Positions 10,029 through 17,187 of a DNA stretch of 64,000 bases are shown one piece after another. Under the pieces are notes generated by a model. It was not told where the DNA came from and searched no databases. It worked only from the letters and a program-made list of their open reading frames with translations. The stretch comes from Nitrospirota bacterium (GTDB lineage: Bacteria; Nitrospirota; Thermodesulfovibrionia; Thermodesulfovibrionales; JdFR-88): positions 756 to 64,755 of the forward strand of contig JAJYJK010000003.1 of NCBI GenBank assembly GCA_021789555.1. The letters are read 5' to 3'. The position numbers and the translations under genes are program-made. The stretch's first letter is position 1. Each line of letters begins with the position of its first letter.

Positions 10029-11461
10029 ATTAAATTCAGGGCCATGAGGCGGGGCTCGGTCATCTCCTCCACCGCGTACCTGATCCCCTCCCTGCCCGAG
10101 CCGGATTGTTTTACCCCGCCGTAGGGCATATGGTCGACCCTGTAGGTGGGGACGTCATTTATTATCACGCCCCCTGCTTCAATGGCTTCGAATGCCTGGA
10201 AGGCGCGTTTGAGGCTGCCCGTAAAGACCCCCGCCTGAAGGCCGTAGACCGAATCGTTTATCGCCCTGATGCCTTCGTCGAAGCTCTCTACCGGGGTCAC
10301 GGTCACGACCGGCGCAAAGACCTCCATGCAGCTTAGCTTCATCTGCGGCGTGGCATCGACGATGACCGTGGGCTCGTAAAAGCGGCCGCTCCTTTTGCCG
10401 CCGGCGACGAGCTTCGCCCCAGCGGCAAGCGCCTCATCGACCCATGAAGCCACCCGCTCAAGATTGTCCTCATCTATCATCGGCCCAATCTGGACGGTCT
10501 CATCCATCGGGTCGCCCATTTTCAGGGCCTTCACCTTCGGGACAAACAGTTCGAGGAACGCATCGTATATCCGCCGGTGCGCGTAAATCCTCTGGACGGA
10601 GATGCAGACCTGCCCCGCGTATGAAAACGCGCCGGCCACGGCGCGGCCGGCCGCGTACTTCAAGTCGCAGTCCTCATCGAGGAGGACCCCGGCGTTTCCT
10701 CCCAGCTCCAGTATCACCTTCTTGTCGAAGGCAAGCTTCTTCAGCCCCCAGCCGACTGCCGCGCTGCCCGTGAAGGAGAGCACCTTTATCCGCGCGTCTG
10801 TCACGGCGGGCCCAATCGTCTTTGCGCTTGCCGGCAGGACGCTGAGGCAGCCCTCCGGAAGGCCCGATTCCATCATGACGCCGCCAAGCAGGAGCGCCGA
10901 GATAGGTGTTTTGGAAGCGGGTTTCAGGATTATCGGATTGCCCGCCGCGACAGCGGGCGCAATCTTGTGGGCCACAAGGTTCAGGGGGAAGTTAAAGGGC
11001 GTGATGCCGAGGACCGGCCCGGCCGGAAACCTCCTCGTGATCCCCCATCTCCCCTCGGATGCCCGGTTTCTGTCCAGGGGGATGAATTCGCCGCCTATCC
11101 TCACCGCCTCTTCGGATGCTATGCGGAAGGTGAGCGACGCCCTTTCGGCCTCCGCCCTGGATTCCACAAGCGGCTTTCCGTTTTCGCTCGTGACGGCCCG
11201 CGCCAGTTCCTCACGCCGCGCATAAATCCCTTCGGAGACCCGTTCGAGTATCTCCGCCCTTTTATAAGAGGCGAGCGCGGCCAGCACCGGCCTTGATTTC
11301 CCGGCCTGCGCTATCGCCTCTTCCAGGTCGGCCGCCCCCGCCTGGCAGACCTTTGCAACGGCCTCCCCGCTGAAGGGATTTATGACCTCAGCCGTCTGCG
11401 CCGTCTCTTTCCATCTTCCACCGAGAAGAAGGGGATGCGGGTTTTTAAATGTCGAGTCCAT
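10025..11461 (-). CDS. NAD(P)+-dependent aldehyde dehydrogenase family protein
   Basis: ALDH signatures ELGGNA and catalytic GQVCIS are present. The N-terminus MDSTFKNPHPLLLGGRW is typical, so ATG 11461 is preferred over ATG 11503. The start choice is uncertain. Confidence 0.88.
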   Translation of the reverse strand: MDSTFKNPHPLLLGGRWKETAQTAEVINPFSGEAVAKVCQAGAADLEEAIAQAGKSRPVLAALASYKRAEILERVSEGIYARREELARAVTSENGKPLVESRAEAERASLTFRIASEEAVRIGGEFIPLDRNRASEGRWGITRRFPAGPVLGITPFNFPLNLVAHKIAPAVAAGNPIILKPASKTPISALLLGGVMMESGLPEGCLSVLPASAKTIGPAVTDARIKVLSFTGSAAVGWGLKKLAFDKKVILELGGNAGVLLDEDCDLKYAAGRAVAGAFSYAGQVCISVQRIYAHRRIYDAFLELFVPKVKALKMGDPMDETVQIGPMIDEDNLERVASWVDEALAAGAKLVAGGKRSGRFYEPTVIVDATPQMKLSCMEVFAPVVTVTPVESFDEGIRAINDSVYGLQAGVFTGSLKRAFQAFEAIEAGGVIINDVPTYRVDHMPYGGVKQSGSGREGIRYAVEEMTEPRLMALNLI

Positions 11462-11553
11462 AATGAGATTAAAGCACAGCGGGTGCGCGAATTCAATACG
11501 CATCTTATTTATTATGCCCCCGTCCGCCTTCCGCCAAAACGAGCGGCTAGTTG

Positions 11554-12999
11554 TCAGCTTTTTCTTGCTCCTTGCCGCTTGCCCATTGCCCTTCCTGAAT
11601 GGGTCATCGCTTCCGGGTCCAGTATCTTTTCGGCCTCTTTCTTCCCCAGATAGCCCATCTCCACCACGACCTCTTTTACCGGCCTTCCGCTTTCAAGCGC
11701 CTTTCTGACCACTATTGCCGCCGTGTCATAGCCGATTACGGGGTTTAGGACGGCCGCTATGACAGGGTTATCGCCGAGGGTATTGGCGATGTGCTCCGTG
11801 TTCACCTCGAAACCGTCCACCGTCCGGGCCAGAAGGAGCGCGGCGTTTGAGATGAGCGTGATGGACTGGAGGATGCCGTTTGCAATCACGGGCAGCATCG
11901 CGTTCAGCTCGAATTCCCCCATCGATCCGGCAATGGCTATGGCGAGATCGTTTCCCATGACCTGGGCGCCCATCATCCTTACAGCCTCCGGCAAGACCGG
12001 GTTTACCTTGCCGGGCATTATCGAGGAGCCCGGCTGAAGGGTTTTCAATCTTATTTCGTTCAGGCCTGAGGCCGGGCCGCTGGCCATGAGCCTCAGATCG
12101 TTTGCTATCTTCATGAATGCGGAGGCGGTGGTCTTCAGCATGCCCGAAAGCTCAAGGACGGTCTCCTGCGAGGCCTGGGCCTGGAAGTGGTTTCGCGCCT
12201 CGCGCAGGCGGATGCCGGTCAGCTCCGAAAGCGCCTTTGAAACCCTTTTGCCGAATTCAGGATGGGCGTTTATTCCGGTGCCCACCGCCGTGCCCCCGAT
12301 TGCAAGCTCGGAGAGCCGGGGGACGGTCGATCTGGTCCTCCGGATGCAATATTCCACCTGCGCGGCCCAGCCCGATATCTCCTGTCCCATGGTTATCGGC
12401 ATGGCGTCCATGAGATGGGTGCGCCCGGTCTTGACGACGGATTTTAAAAGGGCCGATTTTTTTTTCAACGATTTTTGGAGCCGCGTGAGGGATGGCAATA
12501 GCCTTTCGTTTAGCAAAATCAAGCTTGCAAGGTGGATGGCGGAGGGGATTACGTCGTTTGACGACTGGCCCATGTTCACATGGTCGTTGGGGTGGACGGG
12601 GTGTTTCGTATTTCGCATTTTCCTGCCGGACAGGATCTCGTTTGCCCTTGTCGCGATGACCTCGTTTGCGTTCATGTTGGTTGACGTGCCGGAGCCGGTC
12701 TGGAATATCCCGACCGGGAACTGATCGTCGAGCCTGCCGCGGGCCACCATTCCGGAGGCCCTGATTATCGCCCCCGCGAGTCTTTTATCCAGTAATCCGA
12801 TGTCCGCGTTTACCATCGCGCAGGCAAGCTTTATGTATCCAAGGGCATGGAACAAGACGGGGGGGAATTTCATCCCGCAGGGCGGAAAGTTCTCGATGGC
12901 CCTCTGGGTCTGTGCGCCCCAGTAAGCATCCCGCGGCACATTGACGCGGCCGAGGGTGTCCGTCTCAGTCCTGGTGGGTTTAAATTTCTTGCCGGCCAT
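11554..12999 (-). CDS. fumC: class II fumarate hydratase
   Basis: Has the GSSIMPGKVNP signature, QTGSGTSTNMN (fumarase-type rather than aspartase-type) and HPNDHVNMGQSSND. ATG 12999 lies 8 nt after AGGAGG. The longer ORF-track N-terminus was rejected. Confidence 0.9.
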   Translation of the reverse strand: MAGKKFKPTRTETDTLGRVNVPRDAYWGAQTQRAIENFPPCGMKFPPVLFHALGYIKLACAMVNADIGLLDKRLAGAIIRASGMVARGRLDDQFPVGIFQTGSGTSTNMNANEVIATRANEILSGRKMRNTKHPVHPNDHVNMGQSSNDVIPSAIHLASLILLNERLLPSLTRLQKSLKKKSALLKSVVKTGRTHLMDAMPITMGQEISGWAAQVEYCIRRTRSTVPRLSELAIGGTAVGTGINAHPEFGKRVSKALSELTGIRLREARNHFQAQASQETVLELSGMLKTTASAFMKIANDLRLMASGPASGLNEIRLKTLQPGSSIMPGKVNPVLPEAVRMMGAQVMGNDLAIAIAGSMGEFELNAMLPVIANGILQSITLISNAALLLARTVDGFEVNTEHIANTLGDNPVIAAVLNPVIGYDTAAIVVRKALESGRPVKEVVVEMGYLGKKEAEKILDPEAMTHSGRAMGKRQGARKS

Positions 13000-13000
13000 T

Positions 13001-13432
13001 TCAGGGCCTCCTGTCGAAGGGAATTTTAAGCGCCCGTCCGGACGGTATGCTGCCCTTTGCATGGCACCGGTAGCAGCGCCCGGGCGGGTTCGAAAGCAGG
13101 ATTTGCGAGTCCGCAAGCACCCAGAGGCCGGCCGCGAAAAGGGCCGTCGCCGCCATGAGCAGGAGGGTTTTCACTGTTTTTAACGCGCCCGCCCCCTTCA
13201 CATATTCAACCGCAATGCCCCAGAGGCCGTAAGAGCCGTGATAGATGAGGGCCGAAAGAAAGACGAGGTAAAAGGCCAACCACGAGGGGCTTGAAAGCCT
13301 CAGGAATATGTTTCCGTGCTGAAAGGCATCAGGGCCCTTGAAATGAATGATCATGAAGTGCAACGCGAGCGCGAAGGCGAGCGCCGCCCCGCTTGCCCTC
13401 TCAAGAAACCAGAAAAGCGTTCGGCCCTTCAT
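13001..13432 (-). CDS. sdhD: succinate dehydrogenase/fumarate reductase membrane anchor subunit (SdhD-like) with C-terminal CXXCH tail
   Basis: 143 aa with three hydrophobic helices carrying His (LALHFMIIHF, ALIYHGSYG). Its ATG overlaps the sdhC stop (ATGA). The C-terminal 35 aa contain RCYRCH. Confidence 0.65.
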   Translation of the reverse strand: MKGRTLFWFLERASGAALAFALALHFMIIHFKGPDAFQHGNIFLRLSSPSWLAFYLVFLSALIYHGSYGLWGIAVEYVKGAGALKTVKTLLLMAATALFAAGLWVLADSQILLSNPPGRCYRCHAKGSIPSGRALKIPFDRRP

Positions 13433-13773
13433 GGCGCCCCGCCTGTCATGTGCCTGGCGGCGACGGCGAGGACCAGGAGGCCCAGGGCGAATGCCGCCCA
13501 GAAGAGGATTTTCTGGGACCTTGTGGGCGCGCCGGCCTCAAGGAGGATGACCCTGATGCCGTTTCCACCATGGGCAAGGACCAGGGCCAGGAGCCCGGCC
13601 TCGGAAAGTTTAGCCGCGGGGCGGGTGCAAAGGCCCCTTATGGCCTCGTATTTTGCGGGGTCCCTGAGAAACCAGATGATGAGGAAATGGGGGAGGATGA
13701 AGAGCGCCAGCAGGACGCCCGTGAGCCTGTTTAGGATAAACGCAAAGAAACCGGTATTGGGCCTGTATCTCAT
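13429..13773 (-). CDS. sdhC: succinate dehydrogenase/fumarate reductase cytochrome b subunit (SdhC-like)
   Basis: MRYRPNTGFFAFILNRLTGVLLALFILPHF... is an SdhC-type N-terminus with three TM helices. ATG 13773 overlaps the TGA (13770-13772) of the sdhB continuation frame. Confidence 0.7.
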   Translation of the reverse strand: MRYRPNTGFFAFILNRLTGVLLALFILPHFLIIWFLRDPAKYEAIRGLCTRPAAKLSEAGLLALVLAHGGNGIRVILLEAGAPTRSQKILFWAAFALGLLVLAVAARHMTGGAP

Positions 13774-13904
13774 CGGCGACCTTTCGCGTCTTTTTTGATC
13801 TTCTTGTTGATTTTCATGGTCAGGCGTTTGAGCCCCGAGATGTGCGCGGTTATATCGATGGACTTTGGACAGACCTCCACGCAGTTGTAAACCAGGTGGC
13901 ATCT
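13770..13904 (-). other. sdhB: in-frame continuation of sdhB beyond the TAG at 13905-13907 (third Fe-S cluster motif)
   Basis: The same frame as sdhB reads RCHLVYNCVEVCPKSIDITAHISGLKRL..., i.e. the Cx5Cx3CPK 3Fe-4S motif that every SdhB/FrdB carries. It ends in a TGA overlapping the sdhC ATG. Confidence 0.7.
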
Positions 13905-14546
13905 CTAGAGCCCGTGCGCGCCGGCGATTTTTTGCAGCCTCTCGCTCTCTCCTCCTGCCCTGTCCCTGGAGTCAAGGATGAAGCGCGAGGCCTTGACGAG
14001 CGCGGCGGGGCCCAGGTAGTCCCTGTCCGCCCAGTAAACGGGGCAGGCCGAAGTGCAGCATCCGCAGAGGATGCACTTTATCTGGTCCAGTATCCTTTCA
14101 AGTTCTTTCGGGCTTTGGGGTCTCTCTCTTTCCGGCCCCGGTCTGTCGTTCAGTAGATAATATCTGTCGTTCAGAAGATAAGGTTCGTCATTCAGTAGAT
14201 AGGGCATGACGGAGCTGTTTTTTTCATAAAAGGCGTCCATGTCCACGGCAAGGTCCTTTATCACCGGGAATGCGGGCAGCGGCTCGAAGACGACGGTCCC
14301 CCGGGTGTCTTTGGCCAGCGTCTGGCAGGCCAGGGCGCTTTTGCCGTTTATCTTCATGGCGCAGGAGCCGCACATGCCGTGGGCGCAGGAGCGCCGGAAG
14401 GTGAGGCTGCCGTCGATGGTGTCCTTTATCCGTATGAGCCCGTCGAGGAGCCGCTCGTACGGCCCCAGGCTGACGTGAAACTCCTGCCACCCGGGTGAGG
14501 GACCCCCTTCGGGGTCGTATCTCTTTATCCTGAAGAGTTTTTCCAT
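13905..14546 (-). CDS. sdhB: succinate dehydrogenase/fumarate reductase iron-sulfur subunit (as terminated by in-frame TAG)
   Basis: Has the 2Fe-2S motif CAHGMCGSCAMKINGKSALAC and the 4Fe-4S motif CILCGCCTSACP. ATG 14546 (MEKLFRIKRYDPE) is preferred over TTG 14570. It stops at TAG before the third cluster motif. Confidence 0.9.
   Translation of the reverse strand: MEKLFRIKRYDPEGGPSPGWQEFHVSLGPYERLLDGLIRIKDTIDGSLTFRRSCAHGMCGSCAMKINGKSALACQTLAKDTRGTVVFEPLPAFPVIKDLAVDMDAFYEKNSSVMPYLLNDEPYLLNDRYYLLNDRPGPERERPQSPKELERILDQIKCILCGCCTSACPVYWADRDYLGPAALVKASRFILDSRDRAGGESERLQKIAGAHGL
14142..14204. repeat. 21-nt x3 tandem repeat inside sdhB
   Basis: tctgtcgttcagtagataata / tctgtcgttcagaagataagg / ttcgtcattcagtagataggg. 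On the - strand it encodes PYLLNDE-PYLLNDR-YYLLNDR. Confidence 0.9.
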
Positions 14547-14591
14547 TTCTATCTGGCGCTCTCTCCCCAATTATCTGGCACCCTCTCCCAA

Positions 14592-14614
14592 CCCTCTCCC
14601 TTCAAGGGAGAGGG
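14592..14614. repeat. REP-like intergenic hairpin (ccctctccc-ttcaa-gggagaggg)
   Basis: Perfect 9-bp stem between sdhA and sdhB. The same core recurs at 19178-19200, and in a related form at 17115-17187. Confidence 0.7.
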
Positions 14615-14653
14615 GTTTTCAATCGAGGCGGAGACCTGAATGTCCTTCATCCT

Positions 14654-16381
14654 TCAATATTCCCGCTTCCGGGGCGGAAGCTTCGTGATAGAGACGGGAC
14701 TGTAGCCGAAGGTCATCTTGCCCTCCCTCAGGAAGGCAAATGTGTGTTTGAGCCAGTTATTGTCGTCTCTCTCCGGGTAGTCCTCCCTATAGTGGGCCCC
14801 CCTCGACTCCCTGCGCCCCAGGGCGGAGCGGATTACGGCTTCCGCCAGGTTTATCATATGGCCAAGCTCAATCGCTTCCAAAACTTCGGTATTGAACTTT
14901 TTCCCCTTGTCCATGACCCGGATATTCCCGGAGCGCTGCCGGAGACCCTCAAGTTCGCCGGCTGCGGCCGAAAGCCCTTCTTCATCCCTGAAGACGGAGC
15001 ACTTGTCCATCATTAATATCTGGAGGTCTTTTTTTATGGCGCCCGTTTTTTCGCCTCCCTGTCTTTCAAGGAGCGTGGAGAGCGTTTCCGCTGCGGGCCC
15101 CATCGCCCCTGGCGGGATTTCCCGGATGTTTTTGCCTTGCGCGCCTTTCGCGGCCCCTCCGGCCCTCCTTCCAAAGACCACGGTGTCCAGGAGGGAATTG
15201 CAGCCTAATCTGTTTGCCCCGTGCACCGATACGCAGGCGCATTCCCCGGCGGCAAAGAGCCCTTCCACCACGCCGCCTCTCTCGTCCTTGAGGACCCTTC
15301 CGTCGGTGTCGGTCGGTATGCCCCCCATCGCGTAATGCGCCGTGGGGACGACCGGTATCGGCGCGGCAGAGGGGTCAACGCCCATATATATCTTGCAGAA
15401 GGAGACAATCTCCGGCAGTCTTGAGCCGAGTGTTTTTTGGGGTATGCCCCTGAGGTCCAGGTGGACATAGTCCTTTCCCCCGATGCCCCTGCCGGCCCGC
15501 AGTTCCCTGATTATCGCCCTCGATACCATGTCCCTTGGGGCGAGGTCCTTTATGTGCGGGGCGTAGGTTTCCATGAAGCGTTCGCCCCTGCCGTTTACGA
15601 GGACGCCGCCCTCTCCCCTTGCGCCCTCCGTTATGAGTATGCCAAGGCCGTAAAGCCCTGTGGGATGGAACTGGAAAAACTCCATGTCCTTTAACGGGAG
15701 GCCTTTTTTAAAGAGGATGGCGGGCAGGTCGCCCGTGCTCTGGATGGCGTTGGAGGTCGTGGCATAAAGCCTGCCGTAGCCGCCGCTTGCGATTATGGTG
15801 GATTTGGCGCTGAAGGCGCAGAGCTCGCCGGTCTTTATTTCGAGCGCTATGGCACCAAGGCAGTCCCCCGCCTCGATTACGATGTCCAGGATGTGAAATT
15901 CCGGGAAGAATTCTATGCCGCATCTTTCAGCCTGCTCATAGAGGGCGGATACGATTGCAAGGCCGGTCCGGTCCGCGCAGTAGCAGGCGCGTCTCACGGG
16001 GGCCCGTCCGAACTCCATGGTATGGCCGCCGAATCGCCTCTGGGCGATCTTGCCCGCCTCCGTCCTCGAAAAAGGCACGCCGAGGCGCTCCAGCCCGACC
16101 ACCGTCTTGATGGCGTCCCCGCACATGGCCTCCACGCAGTCCTGATCAGCCAGGTAATCGCTGCCTTTGACCGTATCGAAAAAGTGCCACTCCTGGGAAT
16201 CGGGCTCCTCGTTGCCAAGGGCCGCCGCGATCCCGCCCTGGGCGGCCGAGGAATGGCATCTTGTCGGATAGAGTTTTGCAAGCAGCGCCACACGGCCGTG
16301 GCGGGATGCCTCGATGGCCGCGGAGAGGCCCGCAAGGCCGGAGCCTATTACCAGGGTATCGGAGCTGAAGCGCCGGGTCAT
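14654..16381 (-). CDS. sdhA: succinate dehydrogenase/fumarate reductase flavoprotein subunit
   Basis: 575 aa with the FAD fold VIGSGLAGLSAA, the covalent-FAD His context RCHSSAAQGG and family-wide similarity over the full length. Confidence 0.97.
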   Translation of the reverse strand: MTRRFSSDTLVIGSGLAGLSAAIEASRHGRVALLAKLYPTRCHSSAAQGGIAAALGNEEPDSQEWHFFDTVKGSDYLADQDCVEAMCGDAIKTVVGLERLGVPFSRTEAGKIAQRRFGGHTMEFGRAPVRRACYCADRTGLAIVSALYEQAERCGIEFFPEFHILDIVIEAGDCLGAIALEIKTGELCAFSAKSTIIASGGYGRLYATTSNAIQSTGDLPAILFKKGLPLKDMEFFQFHPTGLYGLGILITEGARGEGGVLVNGRGERFMETYAPHIKDLAPRDMVSRAIIRELRAGRGIGGKDYVHLDLRGIPQKTLGSRLPEIVSFCKIYMGVDPSAAPIPVVPTAHYAMGGIPTDTDGRVLKDERGGVVEGLFAAGECACVSVHGANRLGCNSLLDTVVFGRRAGGAAKGAQGKNIREIPPGAMGPAAETLSTLLERQGGEKTGAIKKDLQILMMDKCSVFRDEEGLSAAAGELEGLRQRSGNIRVMDKGKKFNTEVLEAIELGHMINLAEAVIRSALGRRESRGAHYREDYPERDDNNWLKHTFAFLREGKMTFGYSPVSITKLPPRKREY

Positions 16382-16430
16382 CCGTCTATTCTATATCCTA
16401 CGGCTGAGGAATTGAAGATGCGCCGGCCTT

Positions 16431-16476
16431 CCGCTTTTCAGGGTTTTATCACCCCGCTTTTCAGGGTTTTATCACG
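16431..16476. repeat. 23-nt x2 tandem duplication spanning the stop codon of the lipoprotein gene
   Basis: ccgcttttcagggttttatcacc / ccgcttttcagggttttatcacg (22/23 identical). The second copy holds the last codons and the TGA of the 16461-17042 gene. Confidence 0.9.
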
Positions 16477-17042
16477 TTGATGAGCACGTCGCCTGCGCCT
16501 TGAAAGGGACCGAGGGGATTATTGGTGTCCGTGATGGAATCGATTGCGGGGCTGCCGCCCCACTGTTTGTAAACCACTACATTGTCCACCATCACCACGA
16601 GCGCATCGAACCTCCATCCGGTCTTTTTGACATGCCTCTTGAAATTGAAAAAGTCCATGAAAAAATTTCCCGTCCGTTTGTCATATATTATTCCCGGCGT
16701 TACGGAGTAGGCGCGGCATGCGGTCTTCGCCCGGATGCATTTTTGCAGCCCCTCGTCGAGGTCCTGCATCTTGATGGACGGGTTGAACATGAATTTCTGG
16801 ATGATGTCCACGTACGTGATTATCATGATGTTCGGGTTCGTGTAGGGATCGAAACCGAGTCTCTTGAGGTCTTTCGCGGTGGTCTCGTCCAACTGTATGC
16901 TGTCGTAGGATTTTTTTGCCTCGTCGAAATTCGTCCAGGGGGATTTAACGGTCTCGCGGGTGCTGGGGAGAAGCCCGCCGCACCCGGCGATTATCGTCAA
17001 AAAGGCTGGAAGAAGGATGCCGGCCATGGTTTTTATCGCCAT
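16461..17042 (-). CDS. hypothetical lipoprotein
   Basis: 193 aa. The signal peptide has a lipobox (LTIIAGC). No family was recognised. Confidence 0.7.
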   Translation of the reverse strand: MAIKTMAGILLPAFLTIIAGCGGLLPSTRETVKSPWTNFDEAKKSYDSIQLDETTAKDLKRLGFDPYTNPNIMIITYVDIIQKFMFNPSIKMQDLDEGLQKCIRAKTACRAYSVTPGIIYDKRTGNFFMDFFNFKRHVKKTGWRFDALVVMVDNVVVYKQWGGSPAIDSITDTNNPLGPFQGAGDVLINVIKP

Positions 17043-17114
17043 AGCCAGAAGGTATTAGATTTTAAGTCAAAAGTCCAGAACCTATTGATAACTGCATGAT
17101 TAATGCCCTAAATT

Positions 17115-17187
17115 CCCTCACCCTCCGCCCCGCCTTTGGCAGGATTCCTCCCTCTGCCGGTAAGAGAGGGTTTGGGTGAGGAGAGGG
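17115..17187. repeat. REP-like nested hairpin element
   Basis: Outer stem cctcaccc (17116-17123) / gggtgagg (17174-17181) and inner stem ccctct (17150-17155) / agaggg (17165-17170). The - strand reads cctcacccaaaccctctc, the same 5' module as at 19171-19186. It abuts the cobS stop. Confidence 0.55.

Noticed and set aside
13774-13902. 43-codon N-terminal extension of sdhC (ORF 13429-13902)
   Set aside because: That stretch is better explained, in another frame, as the conserved C-terminal Fe-S motif of sdhB. The SdhC-like sequence starts at ATG 13773.
13905-13907. TAG as pyrrolysine or genome-wide stop-codon reassignment
   Set aside because: TAG ends guaA at its canonical ...IEWE C-terminus and also ends cobS, the kinase, vapC, the aldolase and the ADH at plausible positions. 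No pyl genes or suppressor tRNA are in the window. Local read-through or a sequencing error remains open (see findings).
14142-14204. Tandem repeats (here and at 2701, 16431, 41285 and elsewhere) as a CRISPR array or minisatellite locus
   Set aside because: The units are directly adjacent with no spacers, have only 2-3 copies and mostly lie inside genes. No cas genes are present.
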